This document shows, piece after piece, positions 20,901-32,900 of a DNA stretch of 64,000 nt (the first letter of the stretch is position 1; each line of letters begins with the position of its first letter). The notes beneath the pieces were generated by a model, which was given only the letters and a program-made list of their open reading frames with translations, did not search any database and was not told where the DNA came from. This stretch comes from a virus. Lineage: Duplodnaviria > Caudoviricetes. The stretch covers positions 1 to 64,000 of the IMG/VR virus record IMGVR_UViG_3300021400_000136, one strand, 5' to 3'. The translations under genes and the position numbers were made by a program.

Positions 20901-23900
20901 GTAGCAACCCAATGTACTCTGCAGGTGGCGCATCCACTGGAGCATCTGTAGCTACTGGTAGTGAACTCAATATGAAGCCGGTTACGTACTCTGCTTCGGA
21001 TGTTCCCGGCCTTGTCGAGCTTGGCAGGACGAGCTATTCCCCCTCTAACCGTACTATTAGTTCCTCTGACCGTAGCTGGGGTGATGCAATCAGCAATGAG
21101 TACGGCAAGACCATTACTCGTGCAGAGTTCGTTGCAGCTGCTATGTCTGGACAGAATCTGTACTCCGGTACCAGGATGCCTACAATTTCCGGTGTTGCAG
21201 CTAACGATCTGTTCGATGATATTGTCGATAATAAGATTGCTTATGGCGGATATGCCGACAGAACCAATAACGGTTACAGTATAACAGACGCTACAGTTAC
21301 AGCGGATATGCTGAACGCTCCTGGTTTTGTCGGAGCTATGGCTAACACACTGGCTATCCTCGAAGCGGAAATGAGGTCGGCATCTGATACGAGCAATCAA
21401 AAACTCGCTCCGTTCATGAAGCGAGTAGATTTAGCACGTAAGCAACTTGAGGGCCTGCTTGGACGGAGTGTATCCGACGCGGCAACCGAAGTTACTGACG
21501 TACGAAATCAGATCAACACAAGACTTGCGGAGATTAATAACAGGCTTGAAGTACTGATGAGCCGGTCGGATCAGAACAAGATCGGCTATCTGGTAGACCT
21601 TAAAGAAATGTCCCAGCTCAGAGCAGAGCGTCAGAAGCTAATGACTCAGACGTTCAGACTTGGGCAGGCAGAAGCAAAGTACACGAAAGCTCTTGACCGT
21701 TTGAACTCGGCAAGAAACAGAATGTACTCTAATGATTATTATTCTTATATTGGAGGAAAATTATATGGCGGACCAGCGGGTACTCGTGGACTCACCGGCA
21801 GGAACAACGATGTGGCTCAGTCCAGAAGCGGCGGATCGGTTACAGGATCTGCCGGAGGATCAGCTCAGTCGGTACAAGGAAATGCAGGAACAGTCTCAGA
21901 GCAGACTTTTAAAACTGTTGAAGAAATACTATCCGCAGGAGGGCTGACACTCCGAGGCAAAGTACTATTCGATTCTGCCGGGATGTCCCCGCAGGAGATA
22001 GCAAATGCCAAGATCCCGTTGTCCCTTCGTAACAGCATACTCCACGCTATGCGTAATGGTGTTGGCCGTGTTGTACTTACTGACGGTGATCTGCTGAATG
22101 GTAAATCCTATATTAATGAAAAGGGTAAAGAAGTTGAGCAGACAGTCGGTGGATTCTATGACACTCTCATGGACGGTGGTACGGAAAGATCTGTTATTGT
22201 TCTGCACAAAGACAGCTTCACCGAAAAGAACATCCAACACGAATACATGCACCATATGCTCCGAAAGATGTCTGAGCGTCAGAAGCGCGGATTTCTTACC
22301 AGCGCTATCCGGACAATGTTTGGATCACGCCAGGATCTCTTCGAAGAACTGTTTGACTCCTACAAGATCGACTATGCAATTGCTCATGGCAGAGTGATCG
22401 ATGAGAACGGCAGAGTGGATGAAGATCTCGCATATATTATATATGAAGAGATGGTCGCCGACTTCTATGCAGGACTCAATCGATTCAAGACCCCCGAGAT
22501 GGCAGAAGCGATGGGGCCGCTCGTCAGGGAGATGCGTGTAAGCCTGTACAATTACTGTGAGAGACTTGGACTTGAGGACTACGCCAGATCAAAATGGATT
22601 AACAGAGAGTATACTCCTAAAGAAGGAACTCTGGACATCCGGAGAACCGGTAGAGCCACTGCGCCGTATGAGCAGCAGTTCAAAGAAAGAACTGAATCAG
22701 ACAACGAACTGGCAAAGGGCGAACACCGATTCAATCCAGAGCGAAATGCTTATGAGGCGCGATTTAGTTTGGCCAATACTATGGGTGGAATCTACGACAC
22801 ATATGGTGTGGACATTAATACTGCCGAGGATAGCAGACTTGACGAACTGGCGAGGCAAATCGACGAGGAGTACGAGGCAGCGCAAAAAGAGCAGGCTGAC
22901 ATTCGAAGCACATGGACGGATAAGGACTACGCAGATCTCACTCCCGATGAATATTGGGCCCGATATCATGAGTGGAATGAGCAGTCTGGCATTGACGCCG
23001 TAAAACGTCGCGTCGATACACTTGGGTCGTACAGTCGTGCAATCAGCAAAGAGAAAGCTTGGAGAGCGATAGACCCAGAGGCCCTTATTCAAAAGGCAAA
23101 AGATATCTACGGAACCACTGATGACTTCCGGAAATCTGGGTACATCCTGCCGGATGGAACGATGTTGGATATGTCCCAGGGTGCCAACAAGCGGACTCTG
23201 TTCCACCATGAGACCGCTCAAGAAGTTCTGTTCGCCTTGAAGTATCCGGCTTCAGACGCAATTGAAAAATTCGTAGGTCGTGGCGGGGCCATCAGAATCG
23301 ATGTAGACTCCGATGGTATTGATATCCCGCAAAGTGGCATGACCCCGGCTCAGTACGAAACCCTGCGCGACTTTCTTTCTGACTTCATAGCTACTGAAGA
23401 CTACGATAGAGCAGCATTCTATGTATCTACTTTTGGTAAGAACCTGGGAACGTCGGAGAGATTTAATCCTTCCAATACCACACAGATCTTAAACGCAATT
23501 CGCCAGTACTACGATACAGGTTCCTTCCCGAAACAGTCAACCACACAGCAGTTCTACGGTAGATATAGCCTGGCCAACACAGAAGCTGTATCTCTTGACG
23601 AACTTCAGACAGCTCGTGATGAGATGCTTGATCTGCGTCAGCAGCTCAGAGATCGTAAGGCTGATGTCGATGAGTGGAGCCGTAGAATTATGGCTGGTGA
23701 AGCTGAGATCGACGACTACAATAAGTGGCTGTCCGATAGCGGTTACAACAGACTCTACATGCAGGAACGTGAGGCAAGCAAACGGTATAACGACCTCAAC
23801 CGCGCTTATGACGAGCAGCAGGAGAGCGCGAATGCCGAAGCCGAGCAGAACGCAATAGAACAGTCCGGCTTATCCGAAGCAGATTACTTTGGCAAAGAAG

Positions 23901-26900
23901 CCGTAAAGGTATTTGGTTATACACCGTACTTCTATGACGCTGGGTACATTACTCCGAACGGACGGATGCTGAACTTCTCCGGTGAGAAAGGTAAGCACTA
24001 TGGCTCTCGAGGCCAGGATCACCGGAGCATAGGCCAGATCTTTGCGGTAACTTCCGGCACAGAAGCCATGAACAGGTTTATCAGCTATGGTAATATCCGC
24101 ATTATGGCAGAGGCTCCAGGCCTGGATATCAGCGCGAATATCGAACCGACAGCAGAGCAGTACTCTAGGATCCGTGACTTCGCAAGGAGCGCACGGGATG
24201 AGGACTACTTCAGTATCGATATCACGGGCGAAGATGGTAGGGTCATTGATACAATCGAGTACGAAAGCGTCAACCCAGCGAAGATAGTAAACGATCTGAA
24301 GAACTACTACCGTACTGGTGAAGTACCGCAGCAGTCTGTTACTGCGCAGTTCCATGCTAGCTTTAGCCTTGTTGGCGTTTCAGATGATGGTATGGAGGTA
24401 TACGAAACCTCTCAAGCCGTAAAAGATATGACCAGGGAAGAACGTATGGACGCTTTCGAAGCACGAATGGCTAACGAGTTCAGAGGCCGTACCGCTAGAT
24501 TCGAAAGAAACGGTCATATCTACTATGCTAAGTTCGATAGTACTGGCGTTTCTAAAAATATCTATGGGGACGACAAGTCTGATCAGTCCGGATGGAGAGC
24601 CAAGATAAGAGCCGGAGCAGATGGCGATATCTTTGATCTGATAGAGAATTCTACTTATAATGGCAGCAGCGCAGAAAAGAGTGGAAAAAAAGGTAAGGCC
24701 CATAACAAGACCCAACGCTGGGACTACTTCATAAAGAAGGTCCAGATCGATGGTATTGTGTATGACCTCACTGCAAATGTAAGACGTAAAAACGATGACT
24801 TCGTTTATAATATCCAGCTTAACCGGGATATTAATACAAAACCGGCGACGTCTTACAGCCCACTCCCGAAGGCGGGTTTTAACCAAGACATCGCCGGTAC
24901 AGATAATGTATCACAAAACGGCTCAACTGTCAAGTACAGTAAGCAGGAACATCCGAATGCTAGGTACAGCCTGTGCGCATTTGAAGACGGCACAAAGTTC
25001 GTAAACGTCGAAACAGATCAAGAACAGTTTGATGGACTAACGGATAAAGAAAAGCGCGACTTAGCAGAAAAAATAATAAAAGAGCGGTTCTCCGGGAGAA
25101 TAATCGGTGAGACGAACAAAGCCTTCGTCAATAGCCAGACTGCAAGAGAGTATGCTTATCCGTCAAAACGCCTTACAGATAGTGGGGTACTTGACGCTAA
25201 GATGAGGGCGTCAACCGAACTAGATAATCTACTGGAGGCCGGTAGTAATTTTAGGACGGCACCTGATGGGGCTGACGGGCATACACACCCAGACGCCGTA
25301 GGAGGATTCACTTATTTTGACACGCTGTTTAAAGTAGGTGAGGAATTCTATAAAGGTCTTGTCAATATTAAGAATAATGCCAAGGGCGCTCTTCTAGTAG
25401 ATATTACAAAAATAGAAAACGTCACTAAGGACACATACAACTCATACGGAAAAAATCCGAAGTTCGTATTCCTTAATGACGTTTCTAATGATATTAAATC
25501 ACAGAATAACCCGAATGTCAAGAACCAAAATGAATCTGAGCCGAGCTACTCCATCGCTGTCTCCGATCCCGATACGTTGGACTTCCTTAACGACCAACTC
25601 GAGAACGGGGATGTAGTTTACACCTACAAATCCTTCCTTGAGTACGAAGACGAGAATGGAGATCCGTATCTAATTGCTCCTATGGCTGGTGTGCAGAAAG
25701 ACGAGACGGGCAAGAAGAGCCAGTCGCATGCCCTTCGTCCAGGTGTGTGGGAAGAGTCTGTTGGTAATCCCAACTCTAAGAGCCTCGGTAAGAAAGTCAA
25801 TGACAAGACCGGTGAAGTATCCTGGACTTATGGACTTGAGAAGAGTGACGTAGATGGTTCTGTTGTACCGGCTGCATATAACCCGTATCAGCACTCCAGT
25901 GATGTAGTTCTCAATGACCAGTTCTCCATTGCGTACAAACGTCCAAACCTGGTAACGTATATGTGCGCTATTCCTAAGAGTGAACTGACCAGTGGCTATC
26001 ACTTTGGTGTAACCGATCCTGAGAAGGCAACTCGTTCTGACGGCGATATTGTTACCGCAAAAGACGCGGTTGGTATGCACGACTGGAAGAGCGGTTCCCT
26101 AGCAAGCCAGTTAGAAAACACACAAAGACATGTGTATCTTTCTCGGTGGCTCATGCCGGTACGTAAGCTGTCCAACATAGAAGTTGCTCAGCAGTACAAG
26201 GAGATCCTCGATAGGGAAGCACCCGGTCTTGGTGTGCCATTCAATGTTGTACCTTCCGGTTTGCTCTCAGCTCTTCAGGAAGTTGGCGTTCCAATTGACC
26301 TTACTGGTACAGGACTATCTGAAGCCAACTACAGAAAATATCTTTCTGAAGTAAACGCTGCTCGTGAAGAGGCAGGTCTTGAACCGTTCCCGTACTCTTA
26401 TCAGACTAAAGCCGAAAGAGATGCCGCAAAGAAAGAACGGAAGAACGCTTCCAAACGGTTCTCGATCTCTGGAGACAACCTTGATAATCTTGACGATCTT
26501 CTGATGGATTATGATCTTTCGGATCTCGGAAGAATAGTTTCTGACACATTTGGTTCTACCTTTGAAACAGAAGAGGACGAAATGCCTCCTGAACTTCCGT
26601 ACGAACAACAGCGTCCTAGAAGATCTGTAGAGAACCCGACTCACAATCCAACTGCTTATCTGAAACCAGAAACACTAAATGCATGGCTGTCCGGAAGGGG
26701 CTTTGCCGATACAGGTAACCCGAACTATGCGCAGGCTTACATCGGATGGATGAATCCAGAGGACTTCCTATACTTGACAACCTCTACCTATGATTACGAG
26801 GACAATAGAGTAAGGGCGGAAGGATACTACGGTGATCTGGAAGATATCTCTAGCAGGGCGCAACGTGGAAGAGAAGCCGATACAATTCATCTTTCAATTG

Positions 26901-29900
26901 ATTCTGAAACAGGAAGAGTATACGGGCATGAAGGGCGCCATCGTATGGCCTACCTGCAAAGCCTTGGTGTGGAGAGAGTCCCTGTTCTTTTCTTTGACAG
27001 CGGAAATAAGTATGATAAGGAAATAATGGAGGACTATACTCTATCTGGAGAGCAGAGGCCAGGGAAGAAAGTTACTCTCGATAATCCTCTGATCCCTCTC
27101 AGCAATGGGTACAGAGGGCTTGTCGAGAACGAGTTCGTTAAAGGCGAAGAGCAAGACAACGATCTTCAGACAGCGCGATTTTCCATCACGGACGATTCGA
27201 ATGCCGATGGCTATACTCTGTCAGATATTGATTCCACAGGAAGAGAATTGACGGACGAGCAGTATTACTACTTCCGCAATTCGAAAGTAGTGGACGAAGA
27301 TGGGCATTTAATTCCGCTTTACCATGGAACGAATGCATTCGGCTTTACCGAGATAGACTTCGATAAAGCAGACGATGGAATATCCTTCTTCCTCACGGAT
27401 AGTCCAGAAGTGGCCGGGTCCTATACAAGGAACAATACTGTCCGATCCTTATTTGATAAGCAAAGACAGCGGCGGGCGATTGATGTATCAAAGCTTTCGG
27501 ATGAAGATCTAGCTTCGCTGTTTTCCCAAGTTAGTATACCGTACTTCGAATCAGCTACCGTATCGAAATTTGAGGATGTACTCAGAACCTTCACAGGCCC
27601 ATTGAACGCCGCAAAAATGCGATACGCCAGTTTCTTTGAAGAAGAACTGTTACCGTCCAGAGAAGATCTTGGCCTTACTGAAACGGACTTAGCCTTCTAC
27701 GACGCGCTGAAAGGCAACAGCACTAGTGTCGAAAGCATCATAGATTTGCTTGATAGAGCAGATAAATTCTATTATAGCCTTCGCAAAAAGATATGGGATA
27801 CCGACGAAAGCTATATTTGGGACGAAATGCGATCGCTGCAACCGCAATTACAAACCGCAGCTTCTCAGGCACAAAGATTTCTGGCTGACCATAATTCTGC
27901 TGGAGTATCTTTGGAGGATAATGTTTTTATTACGGATCCAGGTAGCAAGAATTTCTACACGAGAGAGCAAATCGAGAGACTTACTGGCAGAAGACAAGAG
28001 GAAGAAGAGCTCGGAAGGAACTCTGCCGGTATTTACAAGGGGTACGCAAATCTAACAAATCCATTTATTGTTGATGCAAATGGAGCTGAATGGAATCAGA
28101 TTCCGGTCGATCAAGAAGTAGTAGACTATCTAAAAGCACTTAATTCGCCAGAGTTCTACGTCTCAGAATGGGCAGAAGACGGAGAGGTTAAAACAAGGGG
28201 AATAGCTAAGTACGCAAAGGATCACGGATATGACGGCGCTATAATTAGAAACTGTGTTGACATCGGAGAGTATAAGCGTTCCTACGACTACGAAGCGTAT
28301 TCTACTCCGGCAACTCTGGTGCTATGCTTTGAACAGAATCAGTTCAAAGACTATAGAAATACAGAACCTACTGATGGCATTGATTTAAGATTTTCTATTG
28401 CCGATACCTATGACGCCTTTGGAGATGAAATCGATGTCCAAGATGGAACAGTTCTGAATGCAACCAAGTCCACACTTTCTGATCAGCTTTTCTATTCTGA
28501 AGACGGTAATACCGCCTACTACCAGCTCGACTCTGGTGAGACGGTGGTTATGGAGAACGTAGGGGAAGACTCTCCCGAAGCACGATACATTAATTTCTTG
28601 GAGGCAACGAACAATGCCAACAGTACTGACACAACCACAGCAAAACCTTATACGATACCTCCTGCAACTCGGTATGAATCTGATGGATATAATATCGGTG
28701 AATCGAATGATGGCCTACGACGAGGAGCGGAAGAAGTTCCTTCGGCGAATCAAGAAGGAACACTTCGACGTGCAGGAAGTAATGGAGAACGCAATGAACA
28801 GAGTCAACCGCAGAGTGAAGAGGCGGAAGGTGTAAGGTTCTCTGCCACTATCCCGACAGCTGACGACCCGAACCATCCGACAGCCTTCGTCAACCAGAAC
28901 GGCGATGTGGTTACCACTGCTGAAGCTTACCCGTACGGATCTATGGAGCGCATGATCATCGAGGCATGGAACACTGGTGACTTCAGATCTATTGAGGACC
29001 AGATTAACGAAATGCTCGATATCGGCCACGCCAGAGATGAAGTCTTCGATATGATGGAAGAGATCGCTGCACAGCCTCTGGGGCTTACTCCTCAGGAGCG
29101 CGACGCAGTCTACAGACAGATCGAAGAGATGCGTGTACGGTATGGAACGATGCCGTCGGCGAATGTTACGAAGCGGGATGTACATTTCCCAGTAGCTACA
29201 GACGACGACACCAAACTGATGAAGGGCGCACAGACCCATGCACAGGAGGCCGAGACCGAGTGGCTGTCTGAAGAGATCATGGCAGAAGCACTCCGTAACG
29301 AGATTCTCTCCTATGTCCCTGCATCTAATAAGTCCTCCATCGAAAAAGCGGAAGACTATATCAAAGCGAAGAAAGGTAATTACGAAGAGATCGCAAGAGA
29401 TGTCCACGCTTGGCTGGCATCCGGAGAGCGTGTCAAACCGTGGCAGGTAGCAGTCGGCGAACTCCTTCTTAAAGAGGTAGAAACCGAAGGCAGAGCAGAC
29501 CTCGCTATGTCTCTCGTAATAGACCTTACTCTTATGGCCCATGAAACCGGACAGGCTCTGCAAGCTTTCGCTATTCTCCGGAAGGCGACTCCGCGTGGAC
29601 AGCTCTACTATCTGCAAGGTGTTGTTAACCAACTGAATAAAAAGTATGAGAAACAGATCCGAGAAGGGAAGATGGGCAAGATCGAACTTCCGCAGGATGC
29701 TGCGCAGAGAATGCTCGCATGCGAAACACGGCAGGAACTGAATGACGTAGTCGAGGAAATAAAGGACGAGATCGCGAAAAAGATTCCTGTATCATGGGCT
29801 GATCGCTGGAACGCATGGAGATACCTGGCTATGTTGGGTAACCCCAGAACACACGTTCGTAACATGCTTGGTAACGGCCTGTTCCGTCCCGCCGTATTTA

Positions 29901-32900
29901 TCAAAGACGTTATCTCCAGAAGACTGGAGGATATAGCAAGTAGGCACGGCAAGCTGGAAGGTAGGTCTCGTATAGCAGGAGCGAATCTGAAATCCGATAC
30001 GGAATGGATGCGCTATGCCAACGAAGACTATGAGGAAATGTACAAGATCCTTGTAGGCGAGGCAACCGGTAATAAGTATGCTGATGCCAACGACATCCTC
30101 TCCAGACGAGATCTCTGGGGTAAAGACAAGTGGCTCGGTGGTAAGTTCCTTGCATGGGCAGACCGTAAGAACAGCGACTTACTTACTAAGGAAGATGCTA
30201 CATTCCTAAAGAAGTACTACACCAGAGCGTTTGCAGAATTCCTGCAGGCGAGGGGTGTAACGGAAGAAGATCTCCGTGATAAGAAGTTTGGCGCTACCAA
30301 GGCAAATAAGAAGCTCATCAACGAAGCAAGAGCATGGGCAACAATCGAGGCTCAGAGGAATACCTACCGTGATGCCAATGCAGTAGCTTCCTGGCTTAAC
30401 TCCATGAAGCGTCAGGGTACTGTTCCTTACACAATCCTCGAAGGTGTTGTTCCGTTCACCAAGACCCCGATGAACATCCTTGCCCGTGGTATTGAGTACT
30501 CTCCGATTGGACTGATTCAGAGCGTACGGCAACTGGCTAAAGATCTTCGTAGTCCGAGCGAGATGACCACCAGCCAAGCGCTGGATAGACTCGCTGCCGG
30601 TATGACCGGTACGATGATCGTTGGCCTCGGCCTGTTCCTCACTGCTATGGGCTGGCTCCGTGGAAGTGGTGGAGATGATGATAAGAAGAAAGAGTTCGAA
30701 GAGCTCATGGGTCATCAGGCATGGTCTCTTGAACTGTTTGGCTACAGCTACACCATCGACTGGATGGCACCGGCTGCACTGCCACTCTTCATTGGCTCCG
30801 CTATCTACGATATGCTGGCGACAGAAAGGGAAGAGGAGCTCGGCTTCGAAGATATCGTCAAGGCACTGCTTGGTATAGCGGATCCTCTCAGCCAGTTGTC
30901 CATGCTGGATGGTATCTCTACTATGCTCTCCAACCTGGCGGATGCACAGGGGACGGAACAATTCTCCGTATTACTCTGGACTGCACTGACAAGCTATGTT
31001 GGACAGGGTATGCCTACACTCCTTGGGCAGGTAGCTAGAACATTCGATCCGGATAGACGGTCAACGTATATCCAGCCGGGTAGCAAAAACCCGATGCTGC
31101 AGCGGTTTATCCAGTCCTCCATACAGGCTAAGATCCCGGGTTGGGAGAACCAGAAGATGCGGTATGTGGATAACTGGGGTAGAACAGACTCAGCCAATAC
31201 ACCTTGGGAGAAATTCCTAAAGGGCGTTGAGAACTTCCTTTCACCGGGTTATCTGAACAAGATCGAGACCTCCGCTGTTGAGGACGAGCTGATGAGGCTG
31301 TACGAAGCAACCGGAGATAAGAACATTCTGCCAGACAGAATGGGTAAGTACTTCCAGGTTGACGGAGAACGGAAGAACCTCACAGCAGATGAGTACGAGC
31401 AATTGCTCACGGAAAAAGGACAGATGCACTATAACCTTCTGAACGAGGTTATGTCCTCTGAGTATTACGCTTCTCTGACTGATGAACAAAAGGCAAAGCT
31501 GCTCCTCAACGCTGGAGAATTCTCAAAGAACTACGGCAAGCAGATGGTAGATCCAGAGTTCGATATGGACAGCCACTGGATGGATGTAGCAAGGGCAATA
31601 GGCCCCGCCGATTATCTGATGATCCAGGATGATCTTTCCCACAACAGGACTCATGACCAGCTGTTCACCTACCTTGTATCCAATCCGAATCTCAGCTACG
31701 ATCAGATCGCATATCTCATCGCTGATGAATATGCCGCTCCGGACAAGATTCCCAGTGTCGGTAACAACGGCTACAACTATGAGATCACTGAGGAAGATGA
31801 GGCAGCGATGCAGGAGATCTTCAAAGATCTGGTACATACGCGCCTTGCTGAATTAGAGACTGATCCCAGGTATGTTGCAGGCGATGAGTACAAGAAGGGC
31901 GATATGATGGACAACCTCTATAATGAAATTAAAGAGGATGTCAAAACAATATACGCCGAACAGCTCGATGCATCCGACCGTCCGATGGTACTTGGAAAGG
32001 CATCTTCTGTAGGAACCGAGTCCTTTAATATGGTACTCGATCTTACACGTAACGAGATCGAAGGAGAGTACAGGGATGACATCGCAGCACAGGCTGGATG
32101 GTTAAGCCAGAAGTACCGGGCTGACTCCCAGATCAGTAACCCCGATAGAGACGGCTGGGATATCAAGCTCAGTGCTGATGACAAGGACGAGCTGTATGAT
32201 GAATTCCAGAAAGCTTGGGAGCCTGCATACAGAAAGATGCTTACTGAAGATCCTGAGTTCCGCAACGCCACAAGCCGAGCATATCAGGATAAGATGATAG
32301 CATCCTTGTTCAATGAAGTTTCCCAGCAGGTAGAAGATGCATACGCTTCTAAACTGTACAAGTCCGGTAAGGCTGATGAAGTCATCGGCGATCCGAAGGG
32401 GACGGCAAAGAAAGACTGGCTGAAGAACTATGAGATTGCCAACGAAGCCTACACCAATCCTAAGGATCAGGCAGCGTGGTTAGCAAAGAGATTTACCGGT
32501 GCTACCACTTTGGACAACCCCGACAGACCTGGGTACAATATCAAGACGAGCGATGCACAGCAGGCTCAACTTGCTCAGATCGAACAGGATAGATTCACTG
32601 CCGAATATGAAGCAATGAAGAAAGATCCGAAGTTCAAGAGCATGACACCGGAAGAGCAGGCTATCCAGACATACCAGCTGGCGCAGAACATCATGGATGT
32701 CGAAGAGGCCAAATACTCCAGATATCTGCTGGATAGAGGCGCAAAGATCGAACAGGCAATCGATACTCAGTGCACGAATTCTGAATACTTCAATATGGTA
32801 TTCTCAGAAGATCTCACTGATAGCGAACGGTACGACCTGATCGAACAACGCTATGACAGATATGTTGGTAAGAGTATTCTCAATAACTCCCTCGACTACC

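Noticed and set aside
21990-22100. 30-aa hydrophobic +1-frame ORF (MPRSRCPFVTAY...) after AGGAG
   Set aside because: Short, overlaps conserved-looking peptidase-domain sequence, and could easily arise by chance.
23511-23540. Possible third antisense promoter TTGACT-N18-TATCGT
   Set aside because: Longer spacer, no TGn, and no stem-forming RNA downstream; does not match the two convincing units.
27750-28055. +1-frame 101-aa ORF as a third nested gene
   Set aside because: TTG start without an SD, and the host frame is not filler-like here. Kept only as a weak possibility.
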